Made by a program: the position numbers and the translations under genes
Assembly (NCBI GenBank): GCA_051294375.1
Contig: CM119268.1
Location: 9,188,718-9,252,717, forward strand
DNA from: Paraspadella gotoi
Taxonomy: Eukaryota > Animalia > Chaetognatha
Reading direction: 5' to 3'
Length of the DNA: 64,000 nucleotides
Shown here: positions 1 through 14,948 of the stretch, piece by piece
Layout: each line of letters starts with the position of its first letter
How positions within the stretch are numbered: the first letter of the stretch is position 1
The notes under the pieces: model-generated
The model's database searches: none
What the model was told of the DNA's origin: nothing
What the model saw: the letters and a program-made list of their open reading frames with translations, nothing else

Positions 1-330
1 AGGAGAGCTCAGGAGAATTTTTAACTTTAAATGGGGAAAGGAGCGACGCGATGGAGCGGAAGAAGAGGGAGGCCAGCTTCACAGGAGACTTTTAAACTTT
101 TAAATAAGGGAAGGAGCGACGCTGATGAGCGAAAGAAGAAGGCAAGAGCTTCATGGAAGATTTTAAAAACTTTAATATGGGAGAAAAGGGAGCGACCGAT
201 GGAGGCGGGAAGGAAGAGGGAGAGCTCGGGAGCTTTTAACGTTTTAAATAGGAAGATGGAGCGACGCGATGGAAGCGATAGGGAATCTTTTAACTCATTT
301 AAGGAAACGCCGCGACTCGAGATATATGGT
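1..330. repeat. Degenerate ~60-bp tandem repeat (5-6 noisy copies)
   Basis: Recurring unit resembling GAGAGCTCAGGAG..TTTTAAC..GGAAGGAGCGACGCGATGGA. Confidence 0.7.
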
Positions 331-429
331 AAATTTAGATATATCCCGTCAAGAGTGTGAGAGACGAAGGAGGCGGAAGGCGAATGGGAGGCGGCGGAGA
401 GTGGAGGAGAGTCGGATTAAAATGTTTGA

Positions 430-1580
430 GTGAACTGTTGTCGGATGACCCTCTTTTCCGGCGGTCCCAAAATTTTTAAGCGTAGGGCAAATTTTAGCGC
501 GCGTTTCTCAAAGTTTTAGATTTCGAGATGATTTTTTTTAATCTTCGATTCGCGAATATTTTTTTTTTTTTATCCGTTCGTGCCGGGTTCGTCGGTCTCG
601 AAGGCGGGACATCGCTCCTTAGTAGAAAAGAATCTTACAGAACTAGTTGTGACTCGTAAGTTCGTTTGGTGTGAAATTCCGTCGTAGAAAAATCCTCATT
701 CAAAGAAAATGTGAGAGGAACCGAAAATAAAATTTTTGGAATATGTGATCACGTGAATCCTGGAGGATGGTGAGGGATACACTGGAGGTGAGGTGTGAGG
801 TGAGGAAGACACGGGAGCGCACCGAGCGGCGAATGTTTGTCGTCCTCCGTCGGGACCGACGACTTTAATGGGCACCGCCTGATAATCATTTCGCGAGAAA
901 CGGTGTTTTCATGTTAAGGCAAGGAACGACGACCGACGACGACGAATGATGAAGACGACGACGACGATGAGGTAGATGACTTCGATGAAGAAGACGACGA
1001 CGATGGAGANNNNNNNNNNNNNNNNNNNNNNNNNNNNNNNNNNNNNNNNNNNNAGGCGGGGTGAACCTAGGCAATGCCCGACTACAAATATTTTTTAAAT
1101 CACTAACGTGAACACTTCGAGCAATAATAAGCCCGTAAACAATTCGCTCATCCTGTAAAAGCTCTTTTAATTTCTCAAAAAAGTCCAACGTCTCTTTAAA
1201 TTAAAATCGATCAAATTCTCACCCCCTTTTAGTTTTCTCTTCTCTACCGTCAACAGAAAATGACTCCTTTCAATTGTAACACCTAGTGGCTGAAGCAACC
1301 AAAAAAAAANNNNNNNNNNNNNNNNNNNNNNNNNNNNNNNNNNNNNNNNNNNNNNNNNNNNNNNNNNNNNNNNNNNNNNNNNNNNNNNNNNNNNNNNNNN
1401 NNNNNNNNNNNNNNNNNNNNNNNNNNNNNNNNNNNNNNNNNNNNNNNNNNNNNNNNNNNNNNNNNNNNNNNNNNNNNNNNNNNNNNNNNNNNNNNNNNNN
1501 NNNNNNNNNNNNNNNNNNNNNNNNNNNNNNNNNNNNNNNNNNNNNNNNNNNNNNNNNNNNNNNNNNNNNNNNNNNNNNNN

Positions 1581-1612
<32 letters not shown>

Positions 1613-1632
1613 TTTGTCCTCAGATAAGGTCT

Positions 1633-1665
<33 letters not shown>

Positions 1666-4600
1666 NNNNNNNNNNNNNNNNNNNNNNNNNGACGAAGATC
1701 CTTGATCTGAAGGACGAAGACGAACGGCGTACGAAAAGACGACTGACGGAAGATCCGTTATCTGAGGACAAAATGACGACGGAACGACGACGACGTCGAC
1801 GGACGAGCGACGACTGACGACGACTGAAGACTCTTATCTAGACGGAAGACGGGACGACTGACGACGGAGCGAACGGAGCAAGACCTTATTGAGGGACAAA
1901 GACGTACGACGACGACGACGAAGACGACGACGTTGAAGACATCCAATCAATGGGAAGGCGGGCGGACGACGTGCAAGAGCAAACCTGGCGCCCGGCGACA
2001 CGGGTAGGAGTTGCGTTGGAGAGGGGGGGGGTAGGGCGGCGAGAGAGAGAAGAGTGGGTTGCGGGGGACCCTGGGCGCGGGGGGAGACGGGAAAACGCTT
2101 GTCTCATAAATGAGCGGCCGTGGGTAGCTGGGCCTGATGTTTAAAAACTCGCGGCACGACATTGTTTTTTTTTTGAATGAGGGGTTTAATTCGGGGGAGG
2201 GTGGTTCTTGATTAAATTTTTTGGTGCTTCAGTCACTAGGTGTTACTAGATTTGAACAGGAGTCGATTTTCCTGTCTGCGTAGCACGAAGCAGAAACAAC
2301 TAAAAGGGGTAGAATTGATGCGATTTTAATTAAAAGAGACGTTGGATCTTGTTTTTGAGAAATTAAAAGAAGCTTTTACATGTGATGAGCGGAATTTGTT
2401 TACCGAGATGGTTATTAATTGCGCGCTCGAATGTGTCACGTTCAGTGATTTAAAAAACTCATTGTAGTCGCGGCATGCCTAGGTTCACGAGGCCGCCTAT
2501 TAAGCATGAGCTCTTTCAGTTGTGACCCCGGGGGCTCATGGAAGTAAATGCCATCAGCTATGACCACTTAGTAACCGGCGGGTTCAATCCCAACCCGGTA
2601 CCTACCCTGCGGGAAGAGTTGAGGACGGCCGTATAGCCGCCTTGGGGGCGTGCAACCCCAAGCCTGGGTTCCAAGCCCAGGAACCGTTCATTCACGCCGT
2701 GTTGCCAATAAAATTCTCACACAAATCATAGTGAGCCAATTGAGCATCCGGCTACAATATTGTGGGGGTATAAAAAAGTAGTGTTTGCCGCAAATCTCAT
2801 CGAATTGGCCTTCACACCTAGGCAACTACCTTGCTTAAGAAGGGATTTTTGGCAGCACGTTTGACTAAAAAAATTAATTGTATTAAAAATAGTGACTTGT
2901 TTCCGGTCCACGCACTCAACTTTTATTAGCTGAGGAACGTCATCCAAAAGATTATTTTCACTGTCAATTTTGAGAGTGCTTCGTGTCATCCACAGCCTTC
3001 ACAACTGGTCTGCCACAGCTTGCTGGGGATTGTGGATTGATAACTATCATGCTTATTAATTCCTAACCATTCTTGGTAGAATCTCTACTTTGTACATTAG
3101 TTTGTACACTAATATGCTTTCCTCTATATAATCAAACAACATCTTGATTTTATTTAGTGGTGTGGTTACACCTGTGAGGATAGCTTTCCTGGTCCTTTTT
3201 TTATTTTTCGATAAAAATTACTGATTTTAAATTAACATTTTTTGGATAGTATTTACATTACAGGCTGATGTAAGATGATACAAAAATGTCAGATCCAAAT
3301 ATATTTTGCATGAATTAAGTGTTAGGGTTTCAAGAGAAGCCTCTCTTGAAAGGAATCTGGGAGCTACACCAAGCACCTCCTTTTAACTGAGTAATAGGAT
3401 ACCCTTATTTTTTAAAAATTATTAAAATGCTTCTTTGGTTAAAATTTAATGACCAAAAATGATGCTTCAAGTTTTAAGTATATTAATACCATAAAAACTA
3501 GAAAGAATTTTGAAACTGCATTATGCAAAATAGATGTTGGTAGAGTACATTTGCTGCACTAGAGAATCGTGTGGAGATACAGTTATACAAAGGAGGGACT
3601 AAATGTATGATATGTATTTTGAAAAGAAATCTTATTTAAATTAACTTCGGAAGATCTTATTAACTATGAAAATGACGGACAACGACGACAACAACGACAA
3701 TAGAGGATTGCTACTGAATTTCAGTGAAAGGAATCTTTGTGAGCTAAGGTCATGTAAAGTCATATCAATTCGAGGTTACCCGATTAAAATATTATTAGAG
3801 AGCGCATAACTTATCAAAGAATAATTGTTAGATTTAAGACATTTTGGCACAATCAGTATATAGTATTAATTCTTATAAATAACATTAAAATGAATTAATA
3901 TGATTGGTTCAAGAGTAAAATTCCTAAAGGGAAACATGGCAACTAGCACCACGGAGACAATTAATGATATTTGAGACGATTCTACATGAATGCTTAATAT
4001 TATTTGATATAGTAAAGTAAATAAGATAAGGCAAAAATGGAAAAAGAGGAAACATAGCAAGTAATAAAAAAATCTTAAAAGAATAGGAATCGAGGCCTAC
4101 CTTCAATGATAAGCCAAGATATTGGATGCGATGATAACCAAATATGATCGATAAATAACCAAAAAAAATAATCATGAATTTTAAAAAAAACAACGATCAC
4201 GAGAGAGAATCGTACAGAGAGAGACAGAGTGAGATAGAGAGAGACGAGAGAAGAGAAGAGAGAATGAGACACAGACAGAGAGAGACAGAGAGCGAGAGAG
4301 ACCGCAAACAAATATTCTAGAACGTGATAGAGAATTAAAGATTGCTTTTGTGTAGAGTGTGATAAGTATCCAATTTAACTTTTTTTTTCATTAAAATAAG
4401 ACGTGAATTTTCAATAATAACGTCAGAGAAATTCTAATGCCTATTAACAAAATATATAGTTGAAAAATGCTCAGTTTAACGGACTATTGTCAGAATAAAA
4501 AGCGCAGTAGTTTTTAATACGAAAAAAGCGTGAGCGCCGAACACGACGACATCTACAAAAGAAGCTGACCTTGAATTCAATATCGAGCCCGGAAGGCTCG

Positions 4601-7600
4601 AGTAAAAGAATAAAAAAATATAACAATACAACAGTTTGTATTTAATTATTAGAATTTAAAGTTTAAGTTTCAAGTGGAAATAGTATTTTGGTTGAATGCT
4701 TTCTTTCCACTGACTTGTGAATTAGGTGTTGAAAGAGAAAAATTGTTTTGTTTAAAAAACAACGATTGTTTAAAATAGAAACAAATAGCATACATGTCAG
4801 ACTTAGTGTAAAGTCTTCTTCCAGCGGCGAATTACAATGATTTTTCAGTTTGTTTAAAGTGAAAAGAGAGGGAGAGAGAGAGAGGAGGAGTAAGAGAGGG
4901 GTTTCCCACAAAAGAATTGAAAAAGGACAGTGCTTGTTGAGGACAGATTAAGATTGAGAAATAGAGTGAGGGAGAGTAGAAGAGTTCAACAATGCAATGG
5001 GATAATGATTACGATCGGCATGACACTTTTAATTAAGTTTTCCTAATAGATTCGACATTGGATTATTAAGCCAGCAAGCTTTTTAATCAGAGAGCATATG
5101 CGATAAAAATAATCGTTAACAAACACTTTTCATGTGTAAATGTGATATTGAGTTGTCAATAATTCTACCAATTTTGGAATAGTAAAATTAATTTCTTTTT
5201 TAACTATTGTTTTTAGCAGTGCAATAGATATTAATCGTAGTGACGTTGTCGTAACAATTTTTATGTTGAAAACTTTATTAAATATATATAATTAAAATTA
5301 TCTTTATCTTTATCACAGAAAGGAAAATGGGTAACTGTATTGCTAAATCAAATTTCCATACTTTTTTAATTATGGCCATATTAATTTGATAATAGTTTTT
5401 GAGAGTGCCTTTTGTTTCAACGGGTGTTTTTGAACAATTTGTGTCAGCTAGTGATCTGGGCATTGGGCAAGCCTAAAACTCCCGCTCTTTTAAGTATTTT
5501 TTAAACAATTTAATATTAACGTTTTGAGGCAATGTCAGTTGAAAGTAATGCTTTGTATAACAAACTTCAAAGAAAAAAACATTTTAAATGGGCGCTTAAA
5601 ACTAAAGAAGGTTTATTAATTTTTACAGTTTCACATCAGTTTTAATTCTGTTTGTTAACTAAAATTAGTTAAATCGTTTTTTTTGCATAAAAGTATTGAA
5701 AGATGATGAATAAAAACGAACTTTTCGTCTCTCCTTCATAGTGATTTTTATCCGGATCATGCTTACAGCAGATCGGATCATAATTCACATTTGTCGGTCA
5801 GTGTGGTCCGCCCCCCCAATCTTGTCGGGTCGTTTCATGTTATAGAAACATCAAAATTATGAATGAAATTATGCCATTGAGGCAAAATGGTTTGTTTACA
5901 ACGAAAATTTTTATTTTCATAAAAACTGACATGTTTCGGCTTTAGTGCCAGCCTTCTTCACAGCGTCAAATATTGTATGATAAATTATGCAAAAAATTGA
6001 TTCCGTCGTTGTGCTGTCCATGATCTGTCTGTCTGTCCCGTCCCACCTTAAGAGGCAAAAATAACACCAATAACTTGTGATTTGATGGATGGATTGGAAA
6101 TAAAATCCCAGCCGGAAATAAAGTTTCGATTGGAATCGTCAAGTGGCATAATGAGTTAAAATGGAAAAAACAATCAATGCTATTTCACCTTAATTTTACT
6201 TAATGCTTTTTTAATTTTTATATTAATGTAAATCAAGTGCGATTTATAAGTGAGTAATGAAATATGTAATTAATAGATTAATAATTATTTTATTAATTTA
6301 ATTTATAGTAATTTTGTAATTGGAGATTTGTTTGTTTGTGATTGGAAGGCGATGCAATAGTAAAACTGAGTTTTGAAACGAATAAAAAAAATAGTATTAA
6401 AGTTAATTAATTCATTAATTCATTATCTGATCAGCTGCTACGCTAATGATTGTGGGCGATCCGGCATTGTTTGACACACTTGTTTCTTTGTTTTCTTTTT
6501 TCCCCTTTTTCTGTCGGCTTTCTTTTCATTCTTTCTGTCTGTCTTCTTTGTCCATTTTCTGTCTGGCTTGTGTCTTTCGTTGTCTGTTTTCCGCTCTTTT
6601 CTCTTTCGTTCGTGGTTTTGCTTTTCGTCGTCTTTCTTTCTCGTTTTCGCTCTTTCTACCTCTTGTCTTTCTCGTTTTCGCTCTTTTTCTTCTTCTTTCT
6701 TTTCGCTTTTCTTTTCTCTCTTCTTCTCGTTTTCTTTTTTCTCGTCTTATTTCTCGTTTCCTTTTCTCTTCGCTCTTTTTACTCGTTCTTTTTCTCTTCT
6801 TTTTTTCCTCGTTCTCGTGTTTCTTTCTTGTCTTATCTTCTTCTTTTTTTCTTTCTTTCGTTTTTTTCTGGTCAGTCGTTTTCCCTTTATGAAAAGCTAT
6901 ATCATTCTTTCTACATTTACTGGAGCTCTGTTAATTTAGTACCAGTAATTTTAAAATAAGATTTGTCGTTCAAAAATACATTTGTTACATTGTCCCCTGT
7001 TGGTATGTTCTTCAACAAATTCTCTAGTGAATGCAAATACGATAACCCCAAAAACGTCACTTTGCATAATGCAGTATCAAAATCTTCTCGTAGGTTTTTA
7101 ATAGTATTTTAAGTGGTATTAAAACGAAGGCATAATTTTGTTTGGCTTCATTAAATTGTTAACCGAACACAAGCATTTATATTTTTAAAAAAATATGAAA
7201 GTATCTTTACTTCAGTTGAAGGGGGTGTTGAGTGTGCGCCCGAGATCTTCAAGAGAGGCTCTCTTGAAATCTAGGCTTAATTTCATTGCAATTGTTTTTT
7301 GGATCTGACCATTTTTGTTATCATCTTACAGTCAGCCTGTAATCGTAAATTATCCAAAAATGTCAATTTAAATATAGTTAATTTTTTATTGTAAAATAAA
7401 AAGAATAAGAACAGAGAATGTATCTCGCAGGATGTAACCCACATCCACTAAATAAAAAGTCATTATGTTTGTTGATTTATAGTAGAGAGACATATCTAGT
7501 TGCTAACTATTCAGAAGTAAGAGATTCTACCGGCTGGGAGAGAGAGGAATTAATATAATTAACAGTGAATGTTATGCCAATCCACGATCCTCGCAGCAAG

Positions 7601-8592
7601 CTGGTGGGAGCCAGTCTGTGAAGGCTCGTGGATCGAAAGAAGCACTTCAAATAGTGACGCTGAAAATAATTCTTTGATGAGTTTCCGTCTACTAATAAAG
7701 TGAAGGTGGACGGCTTATGAACAAGGTCATGATTTTTTTTCAAACAAATTATTTTTTAGTCCAAAGGTGTGCCAAAGAATCCTTTAGGCATAGGGTAGTG
7801 CTAAGGTAGTTGAATCAAATTCGATGAGAAATTGGGCAAACATAACTTTTTATATCCCCACATAATTGGCCGGATGTAAATTGAGCTAGCAAATTTTTGA
7901 AAATTTTTGGCACGACGCCTACCGTTCATGGCTACGTAAAGGGGTATAGAAGTTACGGATTAGTCATCTTCAGCCCACCTTAGGCTGCCTATCCACGACT
8001 GGTGGAGCGCCCATCCGTCGAGCGTATCATCTTCTGATCCAGCCCATGAACGTGCGATAGATTGCTCCCCTCGCCTCCACTGGGGGGCATGTAGTCGGGC
8101 ATTGCCGTAGGTTTCCCACCTCCGGCTATAAGCATGGACTCTTCAGTTGTGACCCGTGCTGCATGAGTAATATGCCATCAGTCTCATGACCACTTAGGTA
8201 ACGCGGTTCCAATCCCAACACGGTACCTACCTCTTGCGGGAAGAGTGCAGAGGCCGTAGCACGCCTTTGGGGGCGTGGCATAACTCCCTCAAGCCTGGTT
8301 CCAAGCCCAGGACCCGGTTCCAGATGCCTCAAAGGGGGTTAATGAAGTTACGGATAAGTCACTTCAGCCCACATAGCGCCTTATCCACATATTATCGGTT
8401 CTTCACAATAACACAATCGGAGAAATGAAATAATGGAAGAAATTACAAACGTTATAAGGATTAAGTCATGAATATGATAATGTATTTATCCAACGCTAAT
8501 TTTTCAAGATAAAAAAAGTTTTGAAGAAACAATGTATCGATAAAAAGCGAAAACAAATGTTATTCAACTAGCGCGATTGTCACGTGGAAGAG

Positions 8593-8640
<48 letters not shown>

Positions 8641-11600
8641 ACGAGAGAGAGAAAGAGAGAGAGAGAGATGAGATACGAAGAGTGTCTGTTGTGATTTGTG
8701 GCGCATAAAAGAAAAATATTATCTTCATTGGTTCTCTGCACATGGAGCTTCCAAAAATTACGTCGTACCACCATCTTCGGGTCGTCATCGTCGTCGTCGT
8801 CGTTTCTTCCGTGTTCACCAATCGTCTCGGTTCCTCGGTCTCACTCATCGTCGATCACGTCGTCTACTTCCATTGCGTCGTCTGTCTCTACCTACGATAG
8901 TCGCGCTTCCATCGTCGTCATCGGTGCGTCTTCTTCATGTTCGTCGTCTACCCATCCTGATAATCGTCGTGCATCGTCGCGGGTCGATCTTCTCCATCGT
9001 CGTGCGTCTTTTAACTCGTCTCATCGTAACCTCATCGTCCGCGTCGTCTTCTCGCATGTCGTTCTCGTCGCCATCGTCGTCGTTCTGGCTTAAAACCATG
9101 AAAAACCTACCGTTCACAGCGAAATGATTGTATCAGGCCAGGTAACAGCCGCCATTAAAGATCCGTCGGTCCGGCACGAGACGACACACACATCGCGCTT
9201 CGGTGCTCTCCCGTGTCCTTCCTCACCTCGACCATCACCTCCAGTACTCCCTCAGCCATCCTCCAGATCACGTTGATCAACGTAATCCAGTAAAATTTTA
9301 TTTTCGGTTCGCCTTCTCGTACTTTTGTCTTTGAATGGAGGATTTCTATTACCGACGGAATTTCACATCCAAATCGATCTTATTAACGATCCACAACTAG
9401 TCGTAAGACTTTCTACTCAAGTGAAGCGATGTCCCGGCCTTCGAGACGGGGAACGAACTCCGGACGAACGGGAAAAAAACAAAAATATATTCGCCAGAAT
9501 ACGAAGATGAAAAAAAAAACTGTCTCGAAATCTAAAGACTTTTGAGAAAGCGCTAAACATTGCCTATCGCTTAAAAAATTAATTGCCTCTATGCGCTAAA
9601 AATGGACCGGCGAAAAAAGTTCACCACACAATCACTCAACATTATCGAACGATTCGTCGTCGTCGTCGTCGCCGTCGTCTTCGTCCTCAGATAAGGTCTT
9701 CGTCGTCGTCGTCGTCATCGTCGTTATCGCCTTCGTCTTCAAAGACTCAATGTCAATGAACTCAAGGTGATCCTTGGTATAGTTTGGTTATCCCCTGTCA
9801 TTGTAACTAATTAGTATATATTTGCAAAGACCTGCTACGTCATTATCTTGTAAGAGTGATGGAGGCCTGTAAAAAGTCAGGGGCAATTTTTTTTTTTTTT
9901 AAAGTGCTTAATTATTTTTCGTTACATATACAAAGGCAGCGAAAAACATTGTTGAATCGCTCAATCGCTCCACCCTATTATTGCCTAGAAGTCTCGTCAT
10001 CTCCGTTTTCATCGACGTCTTCTCGGTTTCCGATCCGGGAAGTGCTTCTTACGTCGAGACTCGATAGATCATTGCGCGCGCGCAATTCCTGCGAAAGAAC
10101 CCGTCGCACGCAATCGTCGACGCGCGCGCCGCGTCCGGGCGCGCCGCGTCCGTGCGCCACTTTGCAGAAATGACCCTCGATTACTTTGCGTTTTATGAAT
10201 GGGGTTCCGCTCATAGAAAAGTACTTGCTTATATCTTCGTGTCCATCTTAGATTTTGATGAATCGAAAGAGGAAACCGTCGTGGCGTTCGGGAGACAGCG
10301 GGAAAAAAATTGTTGTATGAAATGGTTGCTCTGTATACATTGTTAGAATTAGTCCTTAAATACTCTCTCTCTTTATTTCTCTCTTTCACACACACACACG
10401 CGCACATTCTTTCTTTTTCTATCTTATTTCGAACTTGGGCCTCTTGGCACTCAAATAAAATACATGTTTGTTGGCTTCGTTTTGCAAGTGTCTTGGTGCC
10501 ACATTGATTGCTGTCTGATCCTCTCCTGTTCAGAGCTACGGCCACAGACGGGCACAGGCATCGCCACTTCCCACGACCCATCTCCACACTTTTTGAGGCG
10601 CCATCACAAATATGATTTTTTGATTCACGGCCGTGACATTGCGACATGGACTCAAAACACTCCTGTGTCATCATGAGAGAAGGGAAAAAGGGAAACTGCA
10701 AGTGAGAAAGTTATTCATTTTCTTGGTTGCCTTGCCTGAAATGTTACCGTTTTGTTCCAACCTCAAAACTGGGATGTAACATTTTTCTTGACTTTTTTTA
10801 CATAAATTATATAAATTATTCATGGTAATTATCCTTTCTTTTTCGTTCTTTTTGCGCTGATGAAGGCTCGTATTGTGAGCCGAAACATGTCTNNNNNNNN
10901 NNNNNNNNNNNNNNNNNGTAGAGGGAGGCACGGCACATTCTGACCAGTGGAGTTCCTTAACAAGACAACAAGGTGCTCCCCTTGTATGTTATAGACCGTC
11001 CGGTATCTGCAACTGGTACTCGCATCTCTATCTCGACAGCCATCCCAGCGATCCTTGTCACGTTCACCCATGCATCCGATCCCGCATTTCTCCCCCGCTA
11101 CAGCAAATAACGGGTCCTTCCGTCCCCCCCATTGATGTGCGACATTTCCGCGACTATGGTGAAAACATGTGTTGATTCATTTTGTCTGTGCGCAGGAGCG
11201 AGACGAGATTTTTGCATTAATTCATAACCGGAATGTGTCTCACTGCGTCACAGAATCACTGAGAGCTCGTGAAGGAAAATGTCTAGGAAGAAATTGCCAC
11301 AGCGTTGGCGGATTTTCTTCCGTTTGCCTTTGTGATAATGGAGATTTGTTTATTCATGTCCCCAGAGACGTTGCCTAAGCCGCTGCCCAAACACGGGCAT
11401 CTGCCCGTTCGCGCCGCCTCCACCGGGCCGCTCCGCCGCCAGCTGCCCACCACGCGCCTCCGCCGCCACCCTACCGGCGCCCGTCCGCCGCCTACCTGAG
11501 CGATCCAGCCGCACACCTAGCTGCGCGACCCTCGTGCCGTCGTCGTCGCCATGGTCGGCCCGCATTTCAAATGAGAACGTATTGGTTATAAATGTATAGA

Positions 11601-14600
11601 GGGCTTGAATGGATAAAAAAAGCGTAAAATCATCCAGAATAGATATATCTATTTATTTATTTACCTTCTTCTCTTGGTTGTGGTCAGTTGACGTTGAATG
11701 GCCAGAGAGCTGTCACTTACCAATACACCATATGCATACATTACCAGTTATGACAACATTACGTTCATTACATTATTACATTCAATAATTGTATAATTAT
11801 CCAAGATTATCGATTTCATATTGTTTTGCAACGAATCTTTTATCTTTTACACAAGGCAGACACTTGTTCGTGGCTCACCATACGTAGCCTTGCATCCATC
11901 TAGCGCAAAAAAGAAACGACAAAAGAAAGATAATTCTCGACCATGCGTATAAATGTTTTATACATTTATCGTAAAAAACGTCAAGAAAAATTTACATCCC
12001 AGTTTTGAGGATTTGGAACAAAACGGTACGACAGGTTGTCAGGCCATCAGGCCATACAGAAAATTGGGAGAATAACCTTTCATCACTTGGCAGTTTCCTT
12101 GATTTTACGGTTTGCAGCCCTTTCTAGCACGTCATGTATGACGACCGAGCAGTTGAGTGTCTTATAGTCAGACATGTAACGCAATGTCACGATGACGCAT
12201 AGTTGAATCAGACAGAATCATTATTGTTGAATGGATGGCGGCCGGTCTAAAAAGTGGTGGAGATGGGAGTCCGTGGGGATGGGCGATGTCCTTGCTGCTC
12301 CGTCTTGTGGCCGATAGCTCTGAACAGGAGAGGATCAGATCAGCAATTTCAATGTGGCTTACCGGTTCTCTTAAGACACTTGTGCAACACACGAAGCGCA
12401 ACAAATCATGTGATGTATTCTGAGTGCGGCACATGAGGCCCAAGTTCGAAATAGAGATCTGAACAAAGTAACGAATGTCCTGTCGTTCTGTGGTGTTTGT
12501 TTTTAGAAAGAGATTTTGAATATATATAGAGAGAGAGTATTTTTATATGGATCTAATTCTTTTGACAATTGTATATTCGAGCATTCGCATTTTTTTCATT
12601 ACAACAATTTTTTTCATTTTCCTCTCGGTTGTCTCCTCTGAACGCCACGACGGTTTCCTCTTTCTGATTCATTACTAAAATCTAAGATGGACCAGATTAT
12701 TATTATAAGCAGGTACTTTTCCTTATTAGTCGGAACCCCATTCTATTTAATTTACGATAATAGTATCGAGGGTTCATTTCTGCAAATGTTGGCGGCGACT
12801 CTATTGGACGGCGGGCGGCGTCCCGTACTTTGGCTCGGCGCGCGCGTGACGTTATTGCGTTGTCGATTGTGGTTCTTTTCCTAGTATATTGTGCGCGCTG
12901 TTGTTTTTGCGCATTGTTTTTCTTCGTAGTCTCGACGTAAGTAGCACTTTTCCTCGGAGTCGGAACACCGAGAATGTATTCGTTCGATTGAGAATAGACT
13001 TGGTAGAATGACGAGACTTTCTAGGTCATAATATGGTGGTAGCTTGATTTGAGCGATTCTAATCATATGTTTTTATCGCTGCCTTGTGTATTTGTAATGC
13101 GAAATAATTTAGCACTTGTTTAAATATAAATATAATAAAGTAAATTGTCCTTTTTTCTCTCCTGCTTTTTTAACAGGTCCTCGCTATCTATTCTCTTACA
13201 TAGATATATTGACTGGTAGCATGTCTTTGCAAATTATATTCTTTTATGTAGTTTCATATCAACAGGGTGATGTATATCCAGATACTATATCTCTATATGG
13301 ATCACATTTTGTGAGTTTTATTGTTATCATTCGAGTTTCTTTTGAAGACCTCGAAGGCTATACGACGTTGATTGAACGTGAGGGAGTCGAGCGATTGAGC
13401 AAGACGTTGGGATCTTTTGAGGATCGAAGACCTGACGCGTCGACCGACGACTGACGACTCAAGACTTATCTGAGGACCTAAGAGCGACGACGAAACGACA
13501 CGAACGACGACTGACGATCTGACGACGACGATGCGAGACGAAAGACCTTATCTTTGAGGACTAAAGTAGACTGATACGTACGATGATCTCTGAGCGACGA
13601 CGATCTGTATCTGAGGACCGGTTTGAAGGATATCCCAAATAAACTGAGGAAACGGCGACAGACGCAAACAAGCTGGCGCGGAGTCTGCCCACGTCGGAGA
13701 ATTTGGCGTTAGGAGAGGGTGAGGGGGGTAGGGCGGTAGAGAGAGAAGAGGAGTTCGTGTTGGGGAGCGGGGGGAGACGAGGGAAAAGCTATGTCTCATA
13801 AATGAGACGGGGTGCGGTAGCTGGGGTAGGATTGTTTTAAAACATGGGAGAATGTTCTCTTTATTTGTGTAAGAGGGGTTTAATTCGGGGGGAGGGGTGG
13901 TTTCTTGATTTAATTTTTTTTTTGGTTTGCTTCAGCCACTAGGTGTTACAATGAAAAGGATCATTTTTACTGTTGACGGTAGACGAAGAAACTAAAAAGG
14001 TGGGTGAGAATTGATCGATTTTATTTAAAGAGATGCGTTGGACTTTTTTGAAGAAATTAAAAGAGGCTCTTATACACGCAGGATGAGCGATTGTTTACGC
14101 TGGGCGGAGGCTTATTATTGCTCGAAGTGTATTCACGTTAGTGATCTTAAAAAATATTTTGCTATGTCCGGGCTCATTGCCTATGTGTTCACGCCCCGCC
14201 TTCATAGCATGACTCTTTTCAGTTGTGACCGGTGTCATTGATCAAAGCCATCAGCTCATGACCACTAGGCTCCTCGTTGGGTATCAAATCCCCAACCGCG
14301 GTACCTACCTCTTGCGGGATCAGAGTGGAGGACGGGCCGGTAAGCCGGCCTTGGGGGCGTGGCAACGTGCTCTCAATGCCTTGCGTTCCAAGCGCTGCAG
14401 GACCCGTCTCCATGCTACTAAAGAGGGGGTGTATAGAAGTTACGGATAGGTTCATCTTCAGCCCACTTTAGCGCCTTCCATCCACATATTATCGTTCTTC
14501 CATATATCACTACATCCTCTAAATCGGAGAATGAAATAAGGAAAGAATTAGCAGAATTACGTTATTTAAAGGATTATCATCGTTTATGTAATTAATTTCA

Positions 14601-14680
14601 TCAAGCTTATTTTTCAACAATGAAAAAAAGTTTTGAAGAAAACAGGTTATGAAAGTCGAAAACAAACTGTTTTCACGTCG
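430..14680. repeat. Nested noisy inverted/direct duplications (probable artefact)
   Basis: Approximate inverted pairs 430-1010/8750-9650, 1054-1310/2215-2500, 2700-3660/6890-7910 and 9720-10890/11900-13360; direct pairs 1950-2700/13630-14410 and 8126-8560/14205-14680. Copies differ mostly by scattered indels. Confidence 0.8.
8110..8400 (+). mobile_element. tRNA-derived (SINE-like) repeat, family 1; noisy copies also at ~2480-2700 and ~14190-14495
   Basis: B-box-like GGTTC(C)AATCCC; same element occurs in unrelated flanks at ~59584-59865 (-). Confidence 0.7.
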
Positions 14681-14735
14681 GGATCAGGTTGGAAAGCAGA
14701 GAGAAGAGAGGAGAGAGGAGAGACGAGAGACGAGA

Positions 14736-14766
<31 letters not shown>

Positions 14767-14917
14767 AAGAATAAGAGGAGCAGAGAGCGACTCCATCCTT
14801 CTTCCCTTTCGCGGCTTCCTTCCGCTCGGATCAGGGACGTATTCTTTCTCTCCTCTCGATGTGATCTCGGGCTTCTTCCGGTCGAAATCCGAGCGGCTCG
14901 TGCTCCCGGATTTCTCC

Positions 14918-14948
<31 letters not shown>

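Noticed and set aside
6446-6959. Long hydrophobic Phe/Leu/Ser ORFs, also poly-ER, poly-LS and poly-D ORFs elsewhere
   Set aside because: These are translations of CT/AG/GAC microsatellites and noisy low-complexity DNA.
10150-10700. Possible exons in the noisy inverted pair (also 2726-3050)
   Set aside because: The two copies disagree too much to recover a frame or a family.
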